Of a DNA stretch of 32,125 nt, positions 1-9,510 are shown in pieces. Made by a program: the position numbers and the translations under genes. Source of the DNA: a virus (lineage: Duplodnaviria; Caudoviricetes); IMG/VR virus record IMGVR_UViG_3300046103_001526, positions 1 through 32,125 of that record. One strand, written 5' to 3'. Below the pieces are notes generated by a model, which saw nothing but the letters and a program-made list of their open reading frames with translations, was not told where the DNA came from and made no database searches. Each line of letters begins with the position of its first letter. The first letter of the stretch is position 1.

Positions 1-252
1 GGTAGACATCCTGTAGCAAAAACAGGTAATGCAACAATATGGATTGCAACGGATAGGTTATTTAGTATTGGTAACGGGGCGTCAGCAAGTTCGCAAAGTA
101 TGGCTTTAGAAATATTAAAAAATGGTAATGTAGTTTTACCAGGAGTAATTCCTTTAAGTTTTGCAAGCGATACACAAGCGGCCGCGGGAGGTGTTCCTAT
201 TGGCGGGTTGTATCACAAAAATGGAGGTCAAATACATATAAGATTAACATAA
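1..252 (+). CDS. C-terminal end of tail fibre/structural protein (5' truncated)
   Basis: Frame 1 is open from base 1 to TAA at 250-252: GRHPVAKTGNATIWIATDRLFSIGNGASASSQSMALEILKNGNVVLPGVIPLSFASDTQAAAGGVPIGGLYHKNGGQIHIRLT. DRLFSIGNG..ALEILKNG and FASDxxAAAGGVPIGGLY resemble fibre C-termini of Bacteroidota phages (recalled). Confidence 0.65.
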   Translation, partial: GRHPVAKTGNATIWIATDRLFSIGNGASASSQSMALEILKNGNVVLPGVIPLSFASDTQAAAGGVPIGGLYHKNGGQIHIRLT

Positions 253-258
253 AAAAAA

Positions 259-384
259 ATGAATTTAGGAGACATAAAAATGTATGCTTTAAATATTAGC
301 AGCTTAGTTTTAAAGTCACCTAACGGAACAGCTTATACAATAACAGTATCAAACGCAGGAGCATTAGTTGTAACTGCAGTTTAA
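259..384 (+). CDS. 41-aa small ORF, possibly chimeric (below ORF-track cutoff)
   Basis: ATG at 259 after an A9 run, TAA at 382-384: MNLGDIKMYALNISSLVLKSPNGTAYTITVSNAGALVVTAV. Fills the gap between neighbouring genes. Confidence 0.55.
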   Translation: MNLGDIKMYALNISSLVLKSPNGTAYTITVSNAGALVVTAV

Positions 385-408
385 TCTTAAATAATAAAAT
401 TAAATTAA

Positions 409-639
409 ATGGAAATAAGAAAAATATCCATTGGTGCAGATTATAAATCTAGCGCTATGCATTATATAGTTAATCAAGAAGTTTTAGGGGGTAATTACGT
501 AATACATGTAATTAAATATAACGAAGATTTAAACTCAATAAAAATATGGGTAGAGAATAGGAAAGGAGAAATACTCTTATGGAAAGAATTTAACTCTAAT
601 ATGCCTGTATCAATTGAATATAATATAAACTTCGAATGA
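409..639 (+). CDS. phage hypothetical protein (76 aa)
   Basis: A-rich leader; its TGA overlaps the next ATG (ATGA at 636-639). Confidence 0.8.
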   Translation: MEIRKISIGADYKSSAMHYIVNQEVLGGNYVIHVIKYNEDLNSIKIWVENRKGEILLWKEFNSNMPVSIEYNINFE

Positions 640-1202
640 AATCACCTTTCTACTTTATTGTAAAACCAAAAAACGATAGAAGGTATGATAACACAAAAAA
701 CATTGGAGGTATTGATTTTATAACAAGCACATCCAAGGAAGACCATACCTCATCAAATAGATACGCAATAGTTATTGAGACACCGACAAACTATACAGGC
801 CCAATAACAGCAGGAGACACTCTTTTAGTACATCATAATGTATTTAAGTACTACAATGATATGAAGGGTAAAGAAAAGAGCGGAAAAAGCTTCTTTAAGG
901 ATGATTTGTTTTTTATAGACTACGACCAATTTTTTATGTATAAGAAAAATGAAGAATGGGAAGCTCATTCTAAATACTGCATGATTAAGCCTATTGAAAA
1001 GGAAGGTAATAATTATCTTAAAACTCATGAAACTGAAGAGCCATTAGTTGGATTAGTTAAATACCCTAACAAATATTTAATTAATAAAGGCATCAATAAA
1101 GGAGATAAAGTTTCTTTTCAACCAAATAGTGAATACGAATTTAATGTTGATGGAGAAAAATTATACAGAATGTTTGATAGCAATATAACATTAATTATGT
1201 AA
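636..1202 (+). CDS. GroES-like co-chaperonin, two tandem Cpn10-like domains
   Basis: Domain 1: FIVKP...GGI...AIVI...ITAGDTLLVHH. Domain 2: CMIKP...GLVKY...INKGDKVSF..EYEFNVDGEKLYRMFDSNI, resembling the GroES C-terminal pattern GD.V.F...E..VDGE.Y..M.E.DI. Confidence 0.7.
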   Translation: MKSPFYFIVKPKNDRRYDNTKNIGGIDFITSTSKEDHTSSNRYAIVIETPTNYTGPITAGDTLLVHHNVFKYYNDMKGKEKSGKSFFKDDLFFIDYDQFFMYKKNEEWEAHSKYCMIKPIEKEGNNYLKTHETEEPLVGLVKYPNKYLINKGINKGDKVSFQPNSEYEFNVDGEKLYRMFDSNITLIM

Positions 1203-1203
1203 A

Positions 1204-1482
1204 ATGGATGTAGATAAAATTAAATTACAAATAATAAAAGCAGGCGAAAAAGCTGTTAAACAGTTGATTAAAGTTGCGGAAGAGGATATAATAAAATATG
1301 GAGATGATGATGAGCTTGCTGCAGATAAGTTAAAAAATGCAGCAGCTACAAAAAAATTAGCTATATTTGATGCATTTGAAATACTAACAAGAATAGAATT
1401 AGAAAAAAATTTAATAGAGGGAAATGATTCATCATCTCAAAAAAAATCAGTAGAAGGATTTGCAGAACGAAGATCAACATAA
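1204..1482 (+). CDS. putative terminase small subunit
   Basis: 92-aa helical protein directly upstream of, and overlapping, the large terminase; assignment is by synteny. Confidence 0.5.
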   Translation: MDVDKIKLQIIKAGEKAVKQLIKVAEEDIIKYGDDDELAADKLKNAAATKKLAIFDAFEILTRIELEKNLIEGNDSSSQKKSVEGFAERRST

Positions 1483-3706
1483 ATTAATACAAGAAATAAA
1501 AAATTATATTCCTAACTCAGTTATAGCAACTAAAAACAAAAACAAAAGCTGGGAATATGGTTATAATGAAAAGTATGACGTTATAGTAATATCTAAAACG
1601 GGTCAGATTAATGATATTATAGAAATATCAGGATTAATTATTGCACTTCCAAAACCTCCACAAAAAATACATTCAAGAAGTAAAATCAAAAAAGAACAAT
1701 ATTGGAAGCCAGACGAATTGCCTAAGGAACTAATTAAAGTTAAGTCTATATTTCAATGGCATGACGCACCAACTTCTTTTAAAAATAAACACATTGACTA
1801 TATTGAAAGTCAATTTGATAAAAGAGAAGAAGGTTTTTGGTTTATGAATAATGGAATTCCTACATACATTACAGGTTCTCATTGGATGTATATTCAACAC
1901 ACAAAAATAGATATTGGATTACCAGAGTATAGAGATGCTAATAGAGTATTTTATTTACATTGGGAAGCTTGTAAAGCTGATAAAAGAAGTTTTGGTCAAG
2001 ATTATTTAAAAATAAGGCGTTCAGGATTTTCTTATATGGCTAGTGAGGAAGCTAGTAATATAGGGACAATTAGTAAAGATGCTAGGATAGGTATATTATC
2101 CAAAACAGGTACAGATGCTAAAAAAATGTTTACAGATAAAGTTGTACCTATAGTAAATAATTATCCCTTCTTTTTTAAACCTGTTCAAGATGGTATGGAT
2201 AAACCTAAAACAGAATTAGCGTTTAGAGTTCCTGCTTCTAAGATTACAAAAAAAAATATGTATTTAGAAGACCAAGATGTTGTTGAGGGATTAGATACTT
2301 CTATTGACTGGAGAAATACAGGTGATAACAGTTATGATGGGGAAAAACTAAAATTACTGATTCATGATGAATCTAAGAAATGGGAGAAACCAAATAATAT
2401 TTTAAAGAACTGGAGAATTACAAAAACTTGTTTACGTTTAGGTAGTAAAGTTATTGGAAAATGTATGATGGGGTCTACTGCAAATGCATTAGAAAAAGGT
2501 GGTGACAATGGTAAAAAGCTATATTATGATTCTGATGTAAAAGATAGAAATCGTAATGGTCAAACTAAAAGCGGGTTATATTCACTTTTCATCCCTATGG
2601 AATTCAATATGGAAGGATTCATAGATAGATATGGTATGCCTGTTTTTAAAACTCCTGAAAAACCTATTTTAGGAATTGATGGAGAATACATAAAACAAGG
2701 AGCTGTAGATTATTGGGAAGCTGAAGTTGATAGTTTAAAAAATGATGCTGATGCATTAAATGAATTTTACAGACAGTTTCCAAGAACAGAATCCCATGCT
2801 TTTAGAGATGAAAGCAAGCAATCTCTTTTTAATCTTACCAAGATATATCAGCAAATTGATTATAATGATTCTTTAATTAAAGATAGATTTGTTACTAGAG
2901 GTTCTTTTTCATGGAAAGATGGAGTTAAAGATACTAATGTTATTTTTTCACCTAATAATAATGGAAGATTTTATGTTTCTTGGACACCTCCAAAACAATT
3001 ACAAAATAAATATAGAATAAAAAACGGAGTTAAATTCCCTAGCAACGACCATATGGGTGCGTTTGGATGTGATAGTTATGATATTTCAGGAACAGTTGGT
3101 GGTGGTGCTTCTAATGGAGCTTTACACGGAATGACTAAGTTTCATATGGATGAAGGACCTACTAATGAATTTTTTTTAGAATATGTTGCTAGGCCTCAAA
3201 CTGCAGAAATATTTTTTGAAGATGTATTGATGGCCTGTGTATTTTACGGAATGCCTATATTGATTGAAAATAACAAACCTCGTTTATTATATCATTTTAA
3301 AAATAGAGGTTATAGAGGATTTAGTATGAATAGACCTGACAAGGTATATAATAAATTATCAAAAACAGAAAAAGAATTAGGTGGAATGCCTAACAGTTCT
3401 GAAGATATAAAACAAGCCCATGCAGCAGCTATTGAATCTCATATTGAAAAACATGTTGGATTTGATTTAACTGAAACATTTAGAGACTCAGACCAAATAG
3501 GTTCAATGTATTTTACTAGAACATTAAATGATTGGGCTAGGTTTGATATTAGCAATAGAACAAAGTTTGATGCATCAATTAGTTCAGGGTTAGCTATAAT
3601 GGCGAATCAAAAGAATATGTATCAACCCATTAAAAAAGAATCAAAAATAAAACTTAACTTTGCAAGATATGACAATAAGGGAAGTTATAGCCAAATTATA
3701 AGATAA
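1460..3706 (+). CDS. terL: terminase large subunit
   Basis: Walker A-like KIRRSGFS, Walker B LLIHDE, motif III-like GSTAN, nuclease acidic motif FGCDSYD, ILIENN and a late FD. Precedes the portal. The only available start is TTG. Confidence 0.92.
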   Translation: MQNEDQHKLIQEIKNYIPNSVIATKNKNKSWEYGYNEKYDVIVISKTGQINDIIEISGLIIALPKPPQKIHSRSKIKKEQYWKPDELPKELIKVKSIFQWHDAPTSFKNKHIDYIESQFDKREEGFWFMNNGIPTYITGSHWMYIQHTKIDIGLPEYRDANRVFYLHWEACKADKRSFGQDYLKIRRSGFSYMASEEASNIGTISKDARIGILSKTGTDAKKMFTDKVVPIVNNYPFFFKPVQDGMDKPKTELAFRVPASKITKKNMYLEDQDVVEGLDTSIDWRNTGDNSYDGEKLKLLIHDESKKWEKPNNILKNWRITKTCLRLGSKVIGKCMMGSTANALEKGGDNGKKLYYDSDVKDRNRNGQTKSGLYSLFIPMEFNMEGFIDRYGMPVFKTPEKPILGIDGEYIKQGAVDYWEAEVDSLKNDADALNEFYRQFPRTESHAFRDESKQSLFNLTKIYQQIDYNDSLIKDRFVTRGSFSWKDGVKDTNVIFSPNNNGRFYVSWTPPKQLQNKYRIKNGVKFPSNDHMGAFGCDSYDISGTVGGGASNGALHGMTKFHMDEGPTNEFFLEYVARPQTAEIFFEDVLMACVFYGMPILIENNKPRLLYHFKNRGYRGFSMNRPDKVYNKLSKTEKELGGMPNSSEDIKQAHAAAIESHIEKHVGFDLTETFRDSDQIGSMYFTRTLNDWARFDISNRTKFDASISSGLAIMANQKNMYQPIKKESKIKLNFARYDNKGSYSQIIR

Positions 3707-6142
3707 ATGGAAGATGTAAAAATAGCAATTAATCCAACTGGATTTCCAAATCAATTTTCTTCTGACAGTGAAAAGAAAAGCTACGAGTTTGGGTTGCAGA
3801 TAGGTCAAGCTATACAATACGAATGGTTTAGACAGGATGGTGGCCAGAGTAGGTTTTATAACCAATGGGCTGATTTTCATAGATTAAGATTATACGCAAG
3901 AGGAGAACAGTCAGTTCAAAAATATAAAAATGAACTAGCTATTGATGGAGATTTAAGTTATTTAAACTTAGATTGGACACCTGTTCCAATTATACCAAAG
4001 TTTGTAGATATAGTTGTTAATGGAATGGCTGATAGGCTTTTTAAAGTAAATGTTTACGCTCAAGATGGAATGTCTTTGGACAAGAGAAGTAAATATCAAG
4101 TACAATTAGAAAAAGATATGTTAGCTAAACCTGTAATGAAACAGGTTCAAGAACAAACAGGGATAAATACTTTTGCAACTTCAGAAGAAGATATTCCAAA
4201 TACATCTGAAGAGTTGGCTCTTCATATGCAACTAAAATACAAACCTTCTATAGAAATTGCTGAAGAAGAAGCTATTAACACGGTATTAGATGAAAATAGA
4301 TACCATGATATAAAAAAGCAACTTTATTATGACCAGACTATTTTAGGTATTTCAATGTGTAAAAACTCATTTCAACCTGGAGCTGGGATTAAAATAGATT
4401 ATGTAGATCCTGCAAATGTTGTTTATAGTTATACAGAAGACCCTAATTTTAAAGATTGTTTTTATTGGGGAGAAGTTAAAACACTTCCTATTACAGAGTT
4501 AAAGAAAATTGACACAAGTTTGACTAGGGCTGATATGGAAGAAATATCAAAATATAGTCAAAGTTGGTATGATTACAATAATTCCGCTCAATACTATAAT
4601 AACAGTTTATTTAGTAATGATAGTGCTACAGTTTTGTTTTTCAACTATAAAACTACAAACACTTTTACTTATAAGAAAAAAATAAATGCATCAGGAGCTG
4701 AAAGGGTAATTGAAAAAGACGATACATTTAACCCTACTCCTGAAATGATGGATGAGGGTAATTTTGAAAAAGTATCTAAAACAATAGATGTTTGGTATGA
4801 AGGTGTTATGGTTATGGGTACGAGCATTTTAATAAAATGGGAAATGTCTGAAAACATGGCTAGACCTCAATCAGCATCTCAAGAAGTTTATCCGGAATAT
4901 ATAGCTTGTGCCCCTAGAATGTATAAAGGTGTTTTAGAATCTGTAACTAGACGTATGATTACGTTTGCTGATTTAATTCAAATGACTCACTTGAAGTTAC
5001 AACAAGTAATTTCTAGAGTTGTTCCAGATGGAGTATTTATAGACGCAGATGGTATTAATGAAGTTGACTTAGGGACTGGTAATGCATATAATCCTGAAGA
5101 CGCTCTTAGAATGTTTTTCCAAACAGGTAGTGTTATTGGTAGAAGTTATACTCAAGATGGAGATTATAATCAAGCAAAAGTTCCTATTCAACAATTAAAT
5201 AGTAATTCAGGTCAAGGTAAAATTCAAAGTTTAATAGGTACTTACAATCATTACTTATCTATGTTAAGGGATGTTACTGGATTAAATGAAGCAAGAGATG
5301 GTTCTACACCTGATTCTTATTCCTTAGTTGGATTACAGAAATTAGCAGCATTAAGTAGTAATACCGCTACTAGACACATATTAGATTCAGGACTTCAAAT
5401 TACAGAAAGATTATGTACTTCTTTATCTAGTAGGATTGCAGATATGTTACAGTACTCTGATTTTAGAGAAGAGTTTGTAAACCAAATAGGAAAATTTAAT
5501 GTAGGTATACTAGATGAAATAAGTAAACTTTATTTAAGTGATTTCGGTATTTTTATAGAAGTAGCACCTGATGAAGAGCAACAAAAAATGCTTGAACAAA
5601 ATATTCAGATGGCACTTCAAAGAGATTCTATTAATTTAGAAGATGCTATTGATATTAGAGAGATAAGAAATTTAAAGCTAGCTAATCAAGTTTTAAAATT
5701 AAAAAGAAAAGCAAAGCAGGATTTAGAACAACAACAAAAATCAGCAGCAACTCAACAGCAGGCTCAAATAAATCAACAATCTCAGCAAATGGCTGCTCAA
5801 ATGGCTGCTCAAAAACTTCAGATGGAAACTCAGGCAGCTATGCAAATAGAAGGAGCTAAAGCTGATTTCTCTGTTAAAAAAATGAGAGGTGAAGCTGCTA
5901 TTAAAGCTGAACTAATGAATCTTGAATTTGAGTTACAAATGAAATTAAAAGGAGTTGAAATTGAAGGATTAAAATCTAGAGAACTTCAACGTGAAGACGC
6001 TAAGTCTGATAGAATATCACAATCGAGTACAGAGCAATCAAAGTTAATAGAACAAAGGAAAAATAATTTACCTCCTGTAACTTTTGAATCTAATGAAGAT
6101 AGTTTAGATGGCTTTGACTTAGCAGAATTTGAGCCTAGATAA
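3707..6142 (+). CDS. portal protein
   Basis: 811 aa directly after TerL; PIIPKFVDIVVNG and TGLNEARDG motifs and a Q-rich coiled-coil C-terminus, as in crAss-like portals. Confidence 0.85.
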   Translation: MEDVKIAINPTGFPNQFSSDSEKKSYEFGLQIGQAIQYEWFRQDGGQSRFYNQWADFHRLRLYARGEQSVQKYKNELAIDGDLSYLNLDWTPVPIIPKFVDIVVNGMADRLFKVNVYAQDGMSLDKRSKYQVQLEKDMLAKPVMKQVQEQTGINTFATSEEDIPNTSEELALHMQLKYKPSIEIAEEEAINTVLDENRYHDIKKQLYYDQTILGISMCKNSFQPGAGIKIDYVDPANVVYSYTEDPNFKDCFYWGEVKTLPITELKKIDTSLTRADMEEISKYSQSWYDYNNSAQYYNNSLFSNDSATVLFFNYKTTNTFTYKKKINASGAERVIEKDDTFNPTPEMMDEGNFEKVSKTIDVWYEGVMVMGTSILIKWEMSENMARPQSASQEVYPEYIACAPRMYKGVLESVTRRMITFADLIQMTHLKLQQVISRVVPDGVFIDADGINEVDLGTGNAYNPEDALRMFFQTGSVIGRSYTQDGDYNQAKVPIQQLNSNSGQGKIQSLIGTYNHYLSMLRDVTGLNEARDGSTPDSYSLVGLQKLAALSSNTATRHILDSGLQITERLCTSLSSRIADMLQYSDFREEFVNQIGKFNVGILDEISKLYLSDFGIFIEVAPDEEQQKMLEQNIQMALQRDSINLEDAIDIREIRNLKLANQVLKLKRKAKQDLEQQQKSAATQQQAQINQQSQQMAAQMAAQKLQMETQAAMQIEGAKADFSVKKMRGEAAIKAELMNLEFELQMKLKGVEIEGLKSRELQREDAKSDRISQSSTEQSKLIEQRKNNLPPVTFESNEDSLDGFDLAEFEPR

Positions 6143-6169
6143 GCTTAAATTATTTATTAAAAATAATAT

Positions 6170-6177
6170 TAACTTTG
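6170..6177 (+). promoter_or_regulatory. Bacteroidota sigma70 -7 box TAACTTTG
   Basis: Matches the TAnnTTTG consensus in the intergenic region, 16 nt before ATG 6194; no clear -33 element. Confidence 0.55.
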
Positions 6178-6193
6178 TAAAAAAATAAAAATT

Positions 6194-6865
6194 ATGGCAA
6201 CTATACCAGCTGGACAAAAATTTCATACAGTTTCAGCACACGTAGACACTACGAATAAAGGATCGGCTCAAGCAAACTCAGACAGAGAAGTCTTTACAAT
6301 GCAGGACATTGAAGACAGTGTAGGAGGTGGCTTAGTCACTAGTTTAACAACAACAGGTGATAGTGGTGCTGCAACATTAGTATCAGGAGTTTTAAATATT
6401 CCTGAATATACTGATACAGTAACTAGTTTAACAACAACAGGTGATAGTGGTGCTGCAACATTAGTATCAGGAGTTTTAAATATTCCTACACCAAATTCTG
6501 CTCCTTTAGTATGGAGCGCTCAGTTAGCTCAATCAAGCACAGGTAATCCAGCACCACAAACAAGAGCTGTTGATACTTTAATTGGTAACTTTGGGGGAGG
6601 GTTTAGAGATGTTGAATTTACTAGAACAGGTGTTGGTACGTATAAGGCTAGAGTTATTTATACAGCTAATAATACTAGTGTTACTAAACTTACTCTAGTT
6701 TTTGGAGACTCCATATGTAGAATAACAGGATCATCACAAGGATCTGGTAGTGGTATTAGCTATAGGGAATGGACTTTTGAAACACCAGGGTTTGACGGTG
6801 TGCTAAGTGATGGCTTATTACTAGGAAACAATGGTGGTTATACTACAATAACTTTGTATGCTTAA
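6194..6865 (+). CDS. Thr/Gly-rich virion accessory/decoration-like protein with internal repeat
   Basis: 223 aa; contains VTSLTTTGDSGAATLVSGVLNIP twice and a beta-rich C-terminus (FTRTGVGTY). Lies between portal and scaffold. Confidence 0.6.
   Translation: MATIPAGQKFHTVSAHVDTTNKGSAQANSDREVFTMQDIEDSVGGGLVTSLTTTGDSGAATLVSGVLNIPEYTDTVTSLTTTGDSGAATLVSGVLNIPTPNSAPLVWSAQLAQSSTGNPAPQTRAVDTLIGNFGGGFRDVEFTRTGVGTYKARVIYTANNTSVTKLTLVFGDSICRITGSSQGSGSGISYREWTFETPGFDGVLSDGLLLGNNGGYTTITLYA
6338..6487 (+). repeat. perfect 66-bp direct repeat (6338-6403 and 6422-6487; period 84)
   Basis: ACTAGTTTAACAACAACAGGTGATAGTGGTGCTGCAACATTAGTATCAGGAGTTTTAAATATTCCT occurs twice in frame. Confidence 0.95.
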
Positions 6866-6905
6866 AATATTAAATTAAATATTAACTTTATAAAAATCAA
6901 ATCAA

Positions 6906-7997
6906 ATGGAATTTCAAGTAAAAGAAGTAAATCCCGTAGAAGAAAAATCAGTACAGGAAGTAGAAGCAAATTTACTTAACAAACACAATGAAGAACAACA
7001 AGTTGATTCTCAGGAACAAGAAATTCCTAAAGAAGATATTGTAGAGCCTGTTGCGGAAGCTCAGGAATTAGAGTTAAAAGATGAAGATGTTCTTTCATAT
7101 ATTAAAAATAAATATAATAAAGACATAGGGTCTGTAGATGAATTATTTTCTCAAAGAGAAGAATCGGAATCATTACCAGAAGATGTGTCTAAATATTTAG
7201 AATACAAAAAAGAAACTGGTCGTGGGTTTAAAGATTTCGTAAAAGTTAATAACGATTATGATGATTTAAATGATGACCAAATATTAGCAGAATATTATTC
7301 TTTAACTGAAGAAGATTTAGACTCTGAAGATATTCAATATTTAATGGAAGAGAGATTCTCTTACGATGAAGATATTGACGATGAGTCAGAACAGAAGAAA
7401 AAGAATATAGCTAAAAAAAGAGAGCTTTCTAAGGCAAAAAAGCATCTTAATACTTTAAAAGAAAAATATAGAACTCCTCTTGAGTCAAGTGGGAATTCTC
7501 TTTCAGATGAAGAATTAAATGAAATAACGTCTTATAGAGAATATGTCCAAAATTCTAAAACTACTACTGAGGCTAATCAAAAAAAGAGTGAGTATTTTAT
7601 GAAGAAGACTAATGAAGTTTTTAACCCTGAATTCAAAGGTTTTGAGTTTAACGTAGGTGACAAAACAGTTAAGTATTCTGATGGAGATGCAAACGAAATG
7701 AAAGCTAAACAAGTTAATCTTGATAATTTTGTAGGTAAATATACAGGAGAAGATGGTTTAATTAATGATGCTTATGGTTGGCATAAATCAATTAGTGCTG
7801 CAATGAATCCAGATCGTTTTGCTCAATATTTTTACGAGCAAGGAAAAGCTGATACCATTGGTGATGTTTCGAAGAAAAGTAAAAACATTAACATGCAGGT
7901 AAGGCAAACTCCTCAATCAATTGGTGATACAGGTTTTAAGGCACGACAGGTTTCAAGTGAAAGTGGAAAAGGATTAAGGATTAGGAGTAAAAAATAA
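6906..7997 (+). CDS. putative capsid scaffolding/assembly protein
   Basis: 363 aa, very acidic, with coiled-coil character and a basic C-terminal tip; immediately upstream of the major capsid gene. Confidence 0.65.
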   Translation: MEFQVKEVNPVEEKSVQEVEANLLNKHNEEQQVDSQEQEIPKEDIVEPVAEAQELELKDEDVLSYIKNKYNKDIGSVDELFSQREESESLPEDVSKYLEYKKETGRGFKDFVKVNNDYDDLNDDQILAEYYSLTEEDLDSEDIQYLMEERFSYDEDIDDESEQKKKNIAKKRELSKAKKHLNTLKEKYRTPLESSGNSLSDEELNEITSYREYVQNSKTTTEANQKKSEYFMKKTNEVFNPEFKGFEFNVGDKTVKYSDGDANEMKAKQVNLDNFVGKYTGEDGLINDAYGWHKSISAAMNPDRFAQYFYEQGKADTIGDVSKKSKNINMQVRQTPQSIGDTGFKARQVSSESGKGLRIRSKK

Positions 7998-8023
7998 TTA
8001 TTAAAAATTTAAAAAACAACAAA

Positions 8024-9442
8024 ATGGCAGTACAAGCAGTACCAGGTTTTGACTTGCAACCAAGTTCAGAACAAGTCTTATTACAGACAAATTATATTAC
8101 TAACTTTGATTTCTTAAATCAGTATCTTCCAGATACTTACGAAAAAGAATTCGAACGTTATGGAAACAGAACAGTAGCATCATTCTTAAGAATGGTAGGT
8201 GCTGAAATGCCTTCTAACTCAGATCTTATCAAATGGGCAGAGCAAGGAAGATTACATACTAAATATACGAACGTAACTTCAGCAGCAGCAGCAGCAGCAG
8301 GTACGGCTGTATTGACAATTAATGATGCATTAGTTCCTGGAACAGGTTCTATCGCTCTTAGAGTTGGTCAAACAGTAATGATATCTGATAGCACAGCAGC
8401 TTCAACGCTTAGTAACAAAGCGATTATAACTGCAGTTGATATTGCAAATGCAACAGCTACAGTAGCTTACTACGAAGTAGCAGGTCAAGCAGTTGCAGCA
8501 GGTGTACAATGTTCTTTATTTATTTATGGTTCAGAATTTCAAAAAGGTTCTATCGGAATGCAAGGTCAACTTGAAGCTGATGATTCTATTTTTGAAAACT
8601 CTCCAATTATCATTAAAGACCATTACGCAGTTTCTGGTTCTGATATGGCTCAAATTGGGTGGATTGAAGTAACAACTGAAAATGGTGCAACAGGATTCTT
8701 ATGGTATATGAAATCTGAGCATGAAACTAGACTTCGTTTTGAAGACTATTTAGAAACCGCTATGGTTGAAGCAGTACCTGCTGAAGCTGGTTCAGGAGCA
8801 TCAGCAATTGCAGAAGGAATTGCAAGTGGTGTAGGTAACAAAGGTTCAGAAGGACTTTTCTATGTAGTTGAAGAAAGAGGAAATGTATGGAGTGGTGGTA
8901 ACCCAACAGCTCTTGCAGATTTTGATGCTATTATACAAAGATTAGATAAGCAAGGTTCTATTGAAGAAAATGTGCTTTTCGTAAATCGTGAATTTGGATT
9001 TGACATTGACGATATGTTAGCATCACAAAACTCTTATGGAGCAGGTGGTACTTCTTATGGTTTATTTGATAATGATAAAGACATGGCTTTAAATTTAGGT
9101 TTCACAGGATTCCGTAGAGGTTATGATTTTTACAAAACAGATTGGAAATATCTTAATGACCCAACTATGCGTGGTGATATTGTTGGTGGTTCTATTAATG
9201 GGGTATTAGTACCTGCAGGTTCTACAACAGTATATGACCAAGTGTTAGGTAAAAATGCTAAGAGACCATTCTTACACGTTCGTTATAGAGCTTCAGAAAC
9301 TGAAGACAGAAAGTATAAGACTTGGATTACAGGTTCAGCAGGTGGAGCAGCTACTTCTAGCTTAGATGCTATGGAAGTAAACTTCTTATCTGAAAGAGCT
9401 TTATGTACTTTAGGTGCAAACAACTTCTTTATCTTTAAATAA
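8024..9442 (+). CDS. major capsid protein
   Basis: 472 aa, strongly biased codon usage (GCA/GGT/TTC/CGT), position after the scaffold, followed by a terminator. Confidence 0.85.
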   Translation: MAVQAVPGFDLQPSSEQVLLQTNYITNFDFLNQYLPDTYEKEFERYGNRTVASFLRMVGAEMPSNSDLIKWAEQGRLHTKYTNVTSAAAAAAGTAVLTINDALVPGTGSIALRVGQTVMISDSTAASTLSNKAIITAVDIANATATVAYYEVAGQAVAAGVQCSLFIYGSEFQKGSIGMQGQLEADDSIFENSPIIIKDHYAVSGSDMAQIGWIEVTTENGATGFLWYMKSEHETRLRFEDYLETAMVEAVPAEAGSGASAIAEGIASGVGNKGSEGLFYVVEERGNVWSGGNPTALADFDAIIQRLDKQGSIEENVLFVNREFGFDIDDMLASQNSYGAGGTSYGLFDNDKDMALNLGFTGFRRGYDFYKTDWKYLNDPTMRGDIVGGSINGVLVPAGSTTVYDQVLGKNAKRPFLHVRYRASETEDRKYKTWITGSAGGAATSSLDAMEVNFLSERALCTLGANNFFIFK

Positions 9443-9461
9443 GATATAGATATTATTTAAT

Positions 9462-9489
9462 AGGGGGATGCTAACCCATCCCCTTTTTT
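9462..9489 (+). terminator. rho-independent terminator after major capsid gene
   Basis: GGGGATG-ctaacc-CATCCCC followed by TTTTTT. Confidence 0.85.
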
Positions 9490-9510
9490 ATTAATTTTAA
9501 TTTTAATCAA

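Noticed and set aside
6338-6487. Repeat as a mini-CRISPR array or DGR template/variable pair
   Set aside because: Only two identical in-frame coding copies, no adenine-specific mismatches, and no cas or reverse transcriptase gene in the window.
8282-8299. (GCA)6 microsatellite in the capsid gene
   Set aside because: An in-frame poly-Ala using the gene's preferred codon; no sign of phase variation.
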